Below are positions 8,698-16,140 of a DNA stretch of 64,000 bases, piece by piece. The position numbers and the translations under genes are program-made. This DNA is from an uncultured Oscillospiraceae bacterium (lineage in GTDB: Bacteria; Bacillota; Clostridia; Oscillospirales; Ruminococcaceae). Every line of letters begins with the position of its first letter. The first letter of the stretch is position 1. The notes below the pieces were generated by a model that was given only the letters and a program-made list of their open reading frames with translations, was not told the DNA's origin and searched no databases. Location of the stretch: positions 2,349 through 66,348 of the forward strand of contig CAYJIJ010000003.1 in assembly GCA_964370185.1 (NCBI GenBank), given 5' to 3'.

Positions 8698-10050
8698 TTA
8701 AAATATATTTTTATTTATAAATGTTATGAAATCAACCATAGGTGCACTATAGTCAACATTTGAGAGCATGGAGGTCAGTTTATCGATATCTTCTTCGGTG
8801 AAGCAATGCGAGGAAGTGTCACTAAATTTATTTCTGACCCACTCCATATTTACTCCCGATTCTTTTTCGCCCCATGGCTCACAGATATCAGAAATAACAC
8901 TTGTTCCATCTTTTTTAACTATCTCTACCCGTGCATAGCGTTTTGTAGGAAACTGTGCATCAAGTTCCTCATCAACCGCAAATTTCACACGCTCCATCAG
9001 TGCGATGACATCCGGGTTCGAATTAAGATAATCCTCACTGCATTCAACAGGTGTAAATTTCCCCTCTTTAATTGCAGCACACACCGGATAAATCATGTTG
9101 TATTGTGCTTCGTCGCAAGTTGTCGGAGCAAAAGCAGATAGTTTTGTGGCCGCACTGAATGTGCGGATGAATATAGTTTCAATATCATCAATTGATATTT
9201 TATCTTCTTTTGCAAGATGTATTGCTCCTGCTACCGGTGCATGAGCCCATCTGCAACATGGAAAATATTTAAAATAAATGTCTAAAATTTCATACTTTTC
9301 GCCTAAATTCTCGACAAGTTCAGAAAATTGCGGCTCAAGTAGATTGTAGAATTCGCCGGTTATTCCACTCATTGCGGATTCTATCGCCATAGCCCCGGTA
9401 AAGGCACCCCAAGCAACGCCGTCTTTGTTCATCGATGGGATTTCAACTATTCGCATAATTGGAGATATCGGAGCTTGATAATCGGCAATTCCAAGTGCAT
9501 TGGAAAGGTTTTTCCTATCGAGCTTATAGATTTTAGCAATGGCTGCAGCAGTGGCAAATGAGCCCCACGAGCCTGTTCCGTGATAAAAATCATAATAGCG
9601 ATGTACAGATAGTGCTGCCCTTACTGCCACTTCATACCCCACTACAAGTGCTGTTAAAAACTCTTTGTAAGAAGCACCTACTTTAAGTGCGGCGGGTAGG
9701 AGTCCTGCTGCAACTACCGCTCCGGGGTGACCTTTTATCAGGTTATGCCCATCGTCTGCGTCGAGAGCATTGACATTGTAACCATAGGCGAGAGTTGCCG
9801 CAACAAGGTTCATTCGCGTAGGAGTTCCTATTACAGGAATATTCCCACGAGCAAAAATATTTTCAGCAAGCCTTATTCCGTGTTGTGCCAAATGAGTTTT
9901 TGCCCCTGCTATCATTACATCGAAAAGGTCTACAGCACAGACGATTGCTCTTTGCTGAACATCAAGGGGGAAATCTTCCCATTTAGCATTTAGGATAAAA
10001 TTCTCAATTTTATCAGATGCTTGACGTGAATATGAATTCCATTCACTCAT
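8698..10050 (-). CDS. MmgE/PrpD-family protein, paralogue B
   Basis: 450 aa, colinear with paralogue A at roughly half identity by eye. Same conserved blocks (NALDADDG, KGHPGAV, FYHGTGSWG, PSMNKDGV, FPCCRWA, PTTCDEAQY). Confidence 0.8.
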   Translation of the reverse strand: MSEWNSYSRQASDKIENFILNAKWEDFPLDVQQRAIVCAVDLFDVMIAGAKTHLAQHGIRLAENIFARGNIPVIGTPTRMNLVAATLAYGYNVNALDADDGHNLIKGHPGAVVAAGLLPAALKVGASYKEFLTALVVGYEVAVRAALSVHRYYDFYHGTGSWGSFATAAAIAKIYKLDRKNLSNALGIADYQAPISPIMRIVEIPSMNKDGVAWGAFTGAMAIESAMSGITGEFYNLLEPQFSELVENLGEKYEILDIYFKYFPCCRWAHAPVAGAIHLAKEDKISIDDIETIFIRTFSAATKLSAFAPTTCDEAQYNMIYPVCAAIKEGKFTPVECSEDYLNSNPDVIALMERVKFAVDEELDAQFPTKRYARVEIVKKDGTSVISDICEPWGEKESGVNMEWVRNKFSDTSSHCFTEEDIDKLTSMLSNVDYSAPMVDFITFINKNIF

Positions 10051-10125
10051 TGATAGCCCACCTTTATATTTATATTTAATCCATCTATCATTTTTAATAT
10101 TTAGCTATTTCTGCTTAAATTTTAG

Positions 10126-10320
10126 ATATTGTAAGTGCTATGATACCCACTAAAGTCGCACTCTGTCATTCCGATGGAGGATACCGAAAAAGTCTGCTCG
10201 TATTTTGCAAATGTAATGAGCATCTCAGCTATTACATCGCCATACTAAAGCGTGGTAATCAGATTGACGGAGGCGACATAGTAGTGCAATAATACTGCCA
10301 TATCCAACATAACATACCAA
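10126..10320 (-). pseudogene. Decayed fragment of a second MttB-family gene
   Basis: Minus-strand translation WYVMLDMAVLLHYYVASVNLITTL*YGDVIAEMLITFAKYEQTFSVSSIGMTECDF aligns with the intact MttB segment QMLMDILAAYYGG...VCPVNPITPLQYDDAMLETLITYAKYGQPFAVSSVGMTGVTS. DNA similarity to 7975-8170 is also visible. Confidence 0.8.
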
Positions 10321-10324
10321 TAAC

Positions 10325-11710
10325 TTATTTAATACCTATTACTTCCGCTTCGCCCTCACGGATTGCATTCATGGGGCCTTTTTGCGCTCCATAAAGAACT
10401 CTGTTTGCAATAAAGCATGCGAGTCCAAACCCTGCTACCACTATACCTACAACTACATAGCCAAACTGCACCGTCATCTGTGGAATTAAGCTGATTAGGA
10501 ATAGCTCTACAATGGCCTGTACTGTATATGCCGAGCCGAAGTCGTCAAGTGTTCCGCTCTTCATTTCAGGGTCAACTATACGAAGAAGTGTAACTCCGAT
10601 AGCGATAACGCCTGTCATGTAGCCGAAAACGAAGATGGCACGCTCAAACCAGAAGTTTTTAAAGCCTCTGCGACCTACAAAGAATAGATAGAAAGATGTC
10701 CATAAAATTAAGATTGTACAGAGTAGAAGTATTGGCCATAAGAATTCAATTACAACAGATATTCTGATTGTCGCCACTCCGAATGCCGCTAAGTAGTCTG
10801 TTACGGTAGAGCCAATGCGGTCTACTGTCTTTTTATCCACATATGTGCCATAGCCTATTTTATTTAATATTAGCTGAATGAGTACGCCTGCAATCATGGT
10901 AAGGCACATCATAGGAACTTCAATCTGTGGGAAGTATTGTTTGTACCAGTTGTAAGCACCATAGCCTATACCTGTTGCGGTAAAGATTAAAGCTAAGTGC
11001 CACACGAGTGGGTCAATACTCATTGGGTGGACGGTTTCAGTACCCATTGATACACGCTTGCCCTCGGGTACTAATCCTGTTTTACACTCATCAGGTAAAT
11101 CTTTAGCACTCGATACAAGTTTAGTAGCGCCTTTTCTTGTAGCGTAGTTGATATATAGAATACCGAGGAATAATCCTACAAGCAAGCCTATTGTTGCAAA
11201 GGTTTGACCTATATATATTGCATCTTCACGACCAAGTAGGTTATTAAGAGCTCCACCGATAGAAGCTGCATATCCATGTCCGCCTACAAAGCCTGCGGAA
11301 AGAAGTAAACAAATCTCAACAAATACATCGGGAAAGAGTATTGTGATTAGAAACCCACCCACTAAAAGCGGGAAGCCAAATCCCATAAGCTCTGCACCCA
11401 TATTGAGGAAGAATGTGTTACCCACTTTATTTACAATAGTGCCCACGCTTTCTATCTTGGTTTTTCCAAGGAAAATCCCGGCACATAATACACTGATTAA
11501 AACGCCTGCGTATCCGCTTGCCGCACTGCTAAAAGGCAGTAGATTTAAAAACTGAGGTCCTAAAAAGAGTCCTGAAAGCCCTGCGATAACCGATGAGGGT
11601 ATGTAGTAATTTTGCAAAAACTTGATTTTACTGCGCAACATCTGAGCGAGAAAAAGCAGTCCTGATATAAGTGAAACATCGACTAATAAAGTATTTACTG
11701 TAAATTCCAT
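10325..11710 (-). CDS. Sodium/glutamate symporter family (GltS-like) transporter
   Basis: 461 aa polytopic membrane protein. The N-terminus (LLVDVSLISGLLFLAQMLRSKIKFLQNYYIPSSVIAGLSGL) resembles GltS/ESS-family carriers. Confidence 0.65.
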   Translation of the reverse strand: MEFTVNTLLVDVSLISGLLFLAQMLRSKIKFLQNYYIPSSVIAGLSGLFLGPQFLNLLPFSSAASGYAGVLISVLCAGIFLGKTKIESVGTIVNKVGNTFFLNMGAELMGFGFPLLVGGFLITILFPDVFVEICLLLSAGFVGGHGYAASIGGALNNLLGREDAIYIGQTFATIGLLVGLFLGILYINYATRKGATKLVSSAKDLPDECKTGLVPEGKRVSMGTETVHPMSIDPLVWHLALIFTATGIGYGAYNWYKQYFPQIEVPMMCLTMIAGVLIQLILNKIGYGTYVDKKTVDRIGSTVTDYLAAFGVATIRISVVIEFLWPILLLCTILILWTSFYLFFVGRRGFKNFWFERAIFVFGYMTGVIAIGVTLLRIVDPEMKSGTLDDFGSAYTVQAIVELFLISLIPQMTVQFGYVVVGIVVAGFGLACFIANRVLYGAQKGPMNAIREGEAEVIGIK

Positions 11711-11769
11711 AAAATTTTCCTCCTGTTATTTAATTAGTAAAAATAAAGTGAAAATGTACTTTATATGAT

Positions 11770-12150
11770 TTAAGCCATTGCTATACCGTCCATTTCTATG
11801 AGTATATTTCGCAGTCCGCAAGACACCGTAGTGCGAACAGGATAGCATTTGGGAATCATTTCTCTGTATACTTTATTCATACCGTCAAAATCGGCTGGGT
11901 TAGTCAAATATATATTGACACGTACCAATCTTTCCAAAGAAGAGCCTGCTGCTTTGAGCACACTTTCTAAATTTAGTATGCACTGCCTTGTCTGCTCCTC
12001 TATACCGCCCTCTACAACTTTTCCGGTTTCAGGGTCATCAGGTCGTTGACCCGACATGAATATCAGCTCACCCACTCTAAGCGCTTGGGAATATGGAGAA
12101 GTTGGTGGCGGTGCGTTTTCGGTGCGGATTTCAATTTTTTCTAAAGGCAT
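11770..12150 (-). CDS. ridA: RidA/YjgF-family reactive enamine/imine deaminase
   Basis: 126 aa from ATG 12150 (GAGGAGGA RBS). Motifs PPPTSPYSQA...GELIFMSGQ...VRVNIYL...PVRTTV...IEMDGIA. Confidence 0.85.
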   Translation of the reverse strand: MPLEKIEIRTENAPPPTSPYSQALRVGELIFMSGQRPDDPETGKVVEGGIEEQTRQCILNLESVLKAAGSSLERLVRVNIYLTNPADFDGMNKVYREMIPKCYPVRTTVSCGLRNILIEMDGIAMA

Positions 12151-12646
12151 ATATTTTCCTCCTCGTTTAAATATGGGCACTGTTAAGTTAAAATGGTAAA
12201 ATTATAAGTTTTCTTAAAAAGCTATTTTTTTCTCCTTTCTTTTACCTCCCCACCGTAGGCAAGGATGTAAAAGAAATATAAAGCTTATTTTCATATTAAC
12301 TTAACAAATCCTACATATGCTTGATATAGAACTTTGTAGCTACTTCAATTCCAAATCTTTAAGTTAATTATCACTTTTTGTTCAATAAATGTATAGTATT
12401 TTTCAGATGTTTTTTGTATTTATCAGTTGTATTAATTCATTTCATTGTGTTTTTGTACCTTTTGCATATATATTGTGATATTAATATGTGCATTTAAACT
12501 AAATTAAAGAATGGAAGTGTAATCAAAAGACTGTTGAGGGAGTCAATGGAGTTTTTAGGCTCTTAATAATAGTTATATCGAAGCCTGTGGCTGAGGAAAT
12601 ATCTGTATTCTTAATAAAAGATGGAAAGACAGAACAGTTAAAGTGT

Positions 12647-12691
12647 ATAAAAAAACAACTCCAAGCCGAAAAACGGCTTGGAGTTGTTTTT
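12647..12691 (-). terminator. Rho-independent (bidirectional) terminator downstream of tRNA-Arg
   Basis: 14-bp perfect stem acaactccaagccg / cggcttggagttgt (12655-12687) flanked by an A-run and a T-run. Confidence 0.8.
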
Positions 12692-12767
12692 TGGCACGCC
12701 TGATTGGATTCGAACCAACGACACCCAGCGTCGGAGGCTGGTGCTCTATCCACTGAGCTACAGGCGC
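12692..12767 (-). tRNA. tRNA-Arg, anticodon CCG, CCA encoded
   Basis: The reverse complement GCGCCTGTAGCTCAGTGGATAGAGCACCAGCCTCCGACGCTGGGTGTCGTTGGTTCGAATCCAATCAGGCGTGCCA folds as a 76-nt cloverleaf. Anticodon loop is CTCCGAC. Confidence 0.9.
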
Positions 12768-12918
12768 ATATATATGAAAGCTATGTTACCACAGCAATCA
12801 ACTTTTTAATTCAGTAGTCAAATAGTAGTCATTTCATTTTCCCACTGGCTTTTACTTAAGGCTAAACCCCCATAAATAAAGCCTTTCTCCCACCTAACAC
12901 CCTCACCTGAGCAGAGTA

Positions 12919-12957
12919 GTCGGAGTCTGGTGCTCTATCCAGCTGAGCTACAGGCGC
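12919..12957 (-). pseudogene. Truncated tRNA-Arg(CCG) copy: 5' half only, ending at the anticodon loop
   Basis: GCGCCTGTAGCTCAGCTGGATAGAGCACCAGACTCCGAC matches the intact gene through the anticodon loop (one indel, one substitution), then diverges. No T-arm follows. The upstream flank atatatatgaaa is also duplicated. Confidence 0.8.
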
Positions 12958-13032
12958 AAATATATATGAAAACCGCATTTAAAAGAAACTTTACAAGAAA
13001 AGCATTAGAAATTAATTTGAAGTGCTAAGACA

Positions 13033-13203
13033 TTAGCGCTTGGCAGAATTTTTGCCGCCTTGATGTTTTGCATTGTTTGGATTTAATTGGTTGCTTCTAT
13101 TGTCATTTGCTGATTTATTTGCGTTATTGTTGGAATTGTTCTGATTAGCATAATCATTGCGTTGCTCTTTTGTATGCGTATCTGAAGATACATTTTTATT
13201 CAT
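13033..13203 (-). CDS. Small hydrophilic Asn-rich protein (56 aa), not in ORF track
   Basis: Strong RBS GAAAGGAGGG 6 nt before the ATG. Translation MNKNVSSDTHTKEQRNDYANQNNSNNNANKSANDNRSNQLNPNNAKHQGGKNSAKR. Confidence 0.55.
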   Translation of the reverse strand: MNKNVSSDTHTKEQRNDYANQNNSNNNANKSANDNRSNQLNPNNAKHQGGKNSAKR

Positions 13204-13442
13204 ATCTTACCCTCCTTTCTACACTTTATATTAGTGTGTATCAGTTTGTTTTTTGCAATACTTGTCTTGTAAAATCTCTTTTAATGCGGTAATCAACCTT
13301 TAAATTTTTGGCGGTAAAATAATATCCATTACATTTCTCAACAAATATTTCCATAGCGCCAAACCCTACACAAACCATAAGGAAAAGCACAGGAGAGTAT
13401 TCCCGTGCTTGACCACTGATTTAATGAAAAGTATTCCTGCAA

Positions 13443-13613
13443 TTACTCAGCAGAAATTGCTTCAACAGGACATGTGCCTGCGCAAGCGCCACAATCGATA
13501 CATGTAGCGGCATCTACAACATAAGTGCTATCACCAGCAGAAATAGCGCTTACTGGACATTCACCTTCGCATGCGCCACAGCTGATGCAAGCATCGCTAA
13601 TAACATAAGCCAT
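13443..13613 (-). CDS. fdx: Clostridial-type 2x[4Fe-4S] ferredoxin (56 aa), not in ORF track
   Basis: MAYVISDACISCGACEGECPVSAISAGDSTYVVDAATCIDCGACAGTCPVEAISAE contains two CxxCxxCxxxCP motifs. AAGGAGG RBS upstream. Confidence 0.92.
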   Translation of the reverse strand: MAYVISDACISCGACEGECPVSAISAGDSTYVVDAATCIDCGACAGTCPVEAISAE

Positions 13614-13667
13614 TCGGATACACCTCCTTATAGTAGTCTAAATACATAAATAATCAAAACTATTTTT

Positions 13668-13700
13668 TATATTCACTACCTATTATGGGTAGTGAATATA
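13668..13700. promoter_or_regulatory. Perfect 13-bp inverted repeat, 55-87 nt upstream of the ferredoxin start
   Basis: tatattcactacc, 7-nt spacer, ggtagtgaatata. T-run on the left and A-run on the right, which is the wrong polarity for a terminator on either strand. Confidence 0.4.
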
Positions 13701-13834
13701 AAATTAATTTTTGCTTTAAGCGATTTATTCACTTAAATAAATCGCAGAATATAGCTTTGATTATGTTTGTAGTCTTATTTTACCACAGCAATGGGAAAAA
13801 TCAAGTGGAATATGAAAATATTAACATATTAACA

Positions 13835-14698
13835 TTACTCCAGATTTTTAAGCTCTTTAAGCTCTTTATCGCTGAGTTTTAGTGAGCCGTCTTTAATAAG
13901 TTTAACCTCGGATTTGTTAAATATTCTAAGACCGCTTTCAGGGCTCTTTATTAGTCTAATTTTGAGCATGCCAGTAAGAAGATTTACATCCTCTACATTT
14001 CCTTTGCCCTCTGGTGTATTTACAAAGGCGCCGACTTTTGGGGTGTGCTTTAATAAATCTTCGTATGCGTCCTGCTCGTATTTTAAACAGCACATAAGCC
14101 TACCACAAGTGCCTGAAATTTTAGTGGGGTTAAGGGAAAGCCCCTGTTCTTTTGCCATTTTAATAGAAACAGGCTGAAATTCTCCCAAAAATGTGGAGCA
14201 ACAAAAAGGTTTGCCACAAACACCGAGTCCACCAAGCATTTTTGCCTCGTCACGAACACCTATCTGACGAAGCTCAATTCTAATTCTAAACACCGACGCA
14301 AGGTCTTTTACAAGTTCTCTAAAATCCACCCTGCCATCTGCGGTAAAGTAAAACAATACCTTGCTGCCATCAAATGTGTATTCAACATCGACAAGCTTCA
14401 TATCCATGCGGTGTTGCTTAATTTTTTGCTGGCATACTTCTGCCGCTTCTTTTTCTTTTACTTTATTTTTTTCAAGTTGAATTAAATCTTCTTTGGTGGC
14501 TATGCGAATAACCTTTTTAAGAGGCTTAACAATGTTCTCATCATCTACTTCTCTATTAGTTATAGCCACTTCGCCGCATTCGATACAACGGGAGGTTTCC
14601 ACCACAACATTTGTACCGATTGGTATATTTTTACCATCTGGCGAAAAATAATAAATTTTTCCAACCTTTTTAAATCTTACTCCAATTACCTCTGCCAA
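13835..14698 (-). CDS. yaaT: PSP1-domain protein YaaT/RicT (stage 0 sporulation / RNase Y regulator complex)
   Basis: MAEVIGVRFKKVGKIYYF... with Cys cluster GVCGKPFCCSTFL...CGRLMCCLKYE. Conserved yaaT-holB synteny. Confidence 0.85.
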   Translation of the reverse strand: MAEVIGVRFKKVGKIYYFSPDGKNIPIGTNVVVETSRCIECGEVAITNREVDDENIVKPLKKVIRIATKEDLIQLEKNKVKEKEAAEVCQQKIKQHRMDMKLVDVEYTFDGSKVLFYFTADGRVDFRELVKDLASVFRIRIELRQIGVRDEAKMLGGLGVCGKPFCCSTFLGEFQPVSIKMAKEQGLSLNPTKISGTCGRLMCCLKYEQDAYEDLLKHTPKVGAFVNTPEGKGNVEDVNLLTGMLKIRLIKSPESGLRIFNKSEVKLIKDGSLKLSDKELKELKNLE

Positions 14699-14710
14699 AG
14701 CATACCTCCG

Positions 14711-15658
14711 TTAGTTTATATGTTTAAATATTCGTGCAGTTATAGAAGCTGCAAGTAAATTTGCGTTCAGATTAAAGAAATTTTCGCTGAGTCCTGCGTC
14801 TATTATATCAGCAATTTGCACCGCCTGCAATGGTGTAATGCGGTTTCTTTCGGAATTTAAGTCGGTTTTAGAAGCATTTTTAATAATTATTTCCTTTAAT
14901 GCAGTAAAAACAAGCTCAAACTGCTTGTCCTTGCAAATTTTATAGGCAAATTTATTAAAGCTGTACTCATCGCCCTTTTGTATGCAGTCGTATAGATTAT
15001 CAGCAAGCTGTATGTGCGCAGCTGCTCCCGAAATAAGCTCCTTAGCCCTGCCAAGATTGCCAAAAGCAAGTTTTACTGCATTTATTCGCTCGGCTTCTGG
15101 GAGGTTAGGATAATGTGCTAAAAGTGCTTTTTCAAGCTCTACTTCGGACAAAGGCTGAAGCCGTATAGAAATTACCCTCGAAATGATGGTTTTAATCAGT
15201 TTATTTTGATTTTCACAAACAAGTATAAATACAGCCGAGGCGGGGGGCTCTTCAATAAATTTGAGCATGGCATTTTGTGAAAGCTCACTCACCCCATCCG
15301 CATTTAGAAGTATATATACTTTGCGCTTTCCCTCGTTTGGAAGCAGATGCACATCGGTGGCAATAGCTCTTACACCATCTATCTGATATTCTTTTTTAGG
15401 ATCGTTTTTACCCAAAATCCTTACATCAGGGTGAATGCCTCTTAAAATTTTATCGCACACCACACATTCACCACAGGGGGGAATGCTCTCACACATTGCA
15501 GTGCAAGCGGCATAAAGTGCAAAATCTTCGCCACCCATGCCATGGGGTGCAGTTATTAGCAGTGCATGGGGAAATCGCCCGCCGTCACAAAGGGCGGCGA
15601 GCGTATTTATTTGATTATTATTAAAAGGGGTATTAATCTTATCTAAAATAGAGGGCAT
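14711..15658 (-). CDS. holB: DNA polymerase III subunit delta'
   Basis: 315 aa AAA+-like clamp-loader fold (HALLITAPHGMGGEDFA, CGECVVCDKI, KFIEEPP). Synteny with yaaT and darA. Confidence 0.8.
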   Translation of the reverse strand: MPSILDKINTPFNNNQINTLAALCDGGRFPHALLITAPHGMGGEDFALYAACTAMCESIPPCGECVVCDKILRGIHPDVRILGKNDPKKEYQIDGVRAIATDVHLLPNEGKRKVYILLNADGVSELSQNAMLKFIEEPPASAVFILVCENQNKLIKTIISRVISIRLQPLSEVELEKALLAHYPNLPEAERINAVKLAFGNLGRAKELISGAAAHIQLADNLYDCIQKGDEYSFNKFAYKICKDKQFELVFTALKEIIIKNASKTDLNSERNRITPLQAVQIADIIDAGLSENFFNLNANLLAASITARIFKHIN

Positions 15659-15660
15659 TT

Positions 15661-15984
15661 TTATACCTTTTCGAAACGCTCAACATTTGTAACGAATATT
15701 GTAGCTCCGCCCACGGGAACTTCCACAGGGAAAGAAGAATACATTCCCACACCATATGCGGAGGTGGAGGGTACAACCTGTGTGCGTTTTTTGCTGTGCG
15801 CAGAAATAGTTTCTATAACTTCATCCACTTTGTCATCATCTGTACCAATGATGAATGTGGTATTACCTGACATGAGAAAACCACCCGTAGTAGCAAGTTT
15901 TGTCACTGAAAATTTTGCCTTTGTAAGTGCACTTTGAACTTTTGCGCTGTCATCATTTGAAACGATTGCAAATAATAATTTCAT
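15661..15984 (-). CDS. darA: Cyclic-di-AMP receptor, PII-like (DarA/PstA/YaaQ)
   Basis: 107 aa. MKLLFAIVSNDDSAKVQSALTKAKFSVTKLATTGGFL matches the YaaQ family. Confidence 0.8.
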   Translation of the reverse strand: MKLLFAIVSNDDSAKVQSALTKAKFSVTKLATTGGFLMSGNTTFIIGTDDDKVDEVIETISAHSKKRTQVVPSTSAYGVGMYSSFPVEVPVGGATIFVTNVERFEKV

Positions 15985-16140
15985 TATAACGCCTCCTTAT
16001 TAAGTGGGATTTAGAGTAAAAATAACCTTTACTTCATAGCCATTAAAAGCATCTTTTTTGCATTTCTTAGATTACTTTTCATTTCACATGAGTAAGGCTT
16101 TATCACTCGGGTAAATACCTAAGTGTGATAATTTATTTTA

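Noticed and set aside
12523-12753. 76-aa ORF in the track
   Set aside because: It overlaps the tRNA-Arg gene and its terminator, and its translation is an artefact of the tRNA sequence.
12786-12798. 13-mer ttaccacagcaat shared between 12786 and 13780
   Set aside because: Exact 13-mers are expected by chance many times in 64 kb of AT-rich DNA, and the flanks do not align convincingly.
12768-12957. Intron-containing tRNA (group I intron in the anticodon loop) as an explanation for the split tRNA-Arg copy
   Set aside because: No T-arm (GGTTCGAATCC) or 3' acceptor sequence follows the 5' half before the intact gene. The 150-nt gap is too short for a group I intron, and the intact downstream tRNA has its own complete 5' half.
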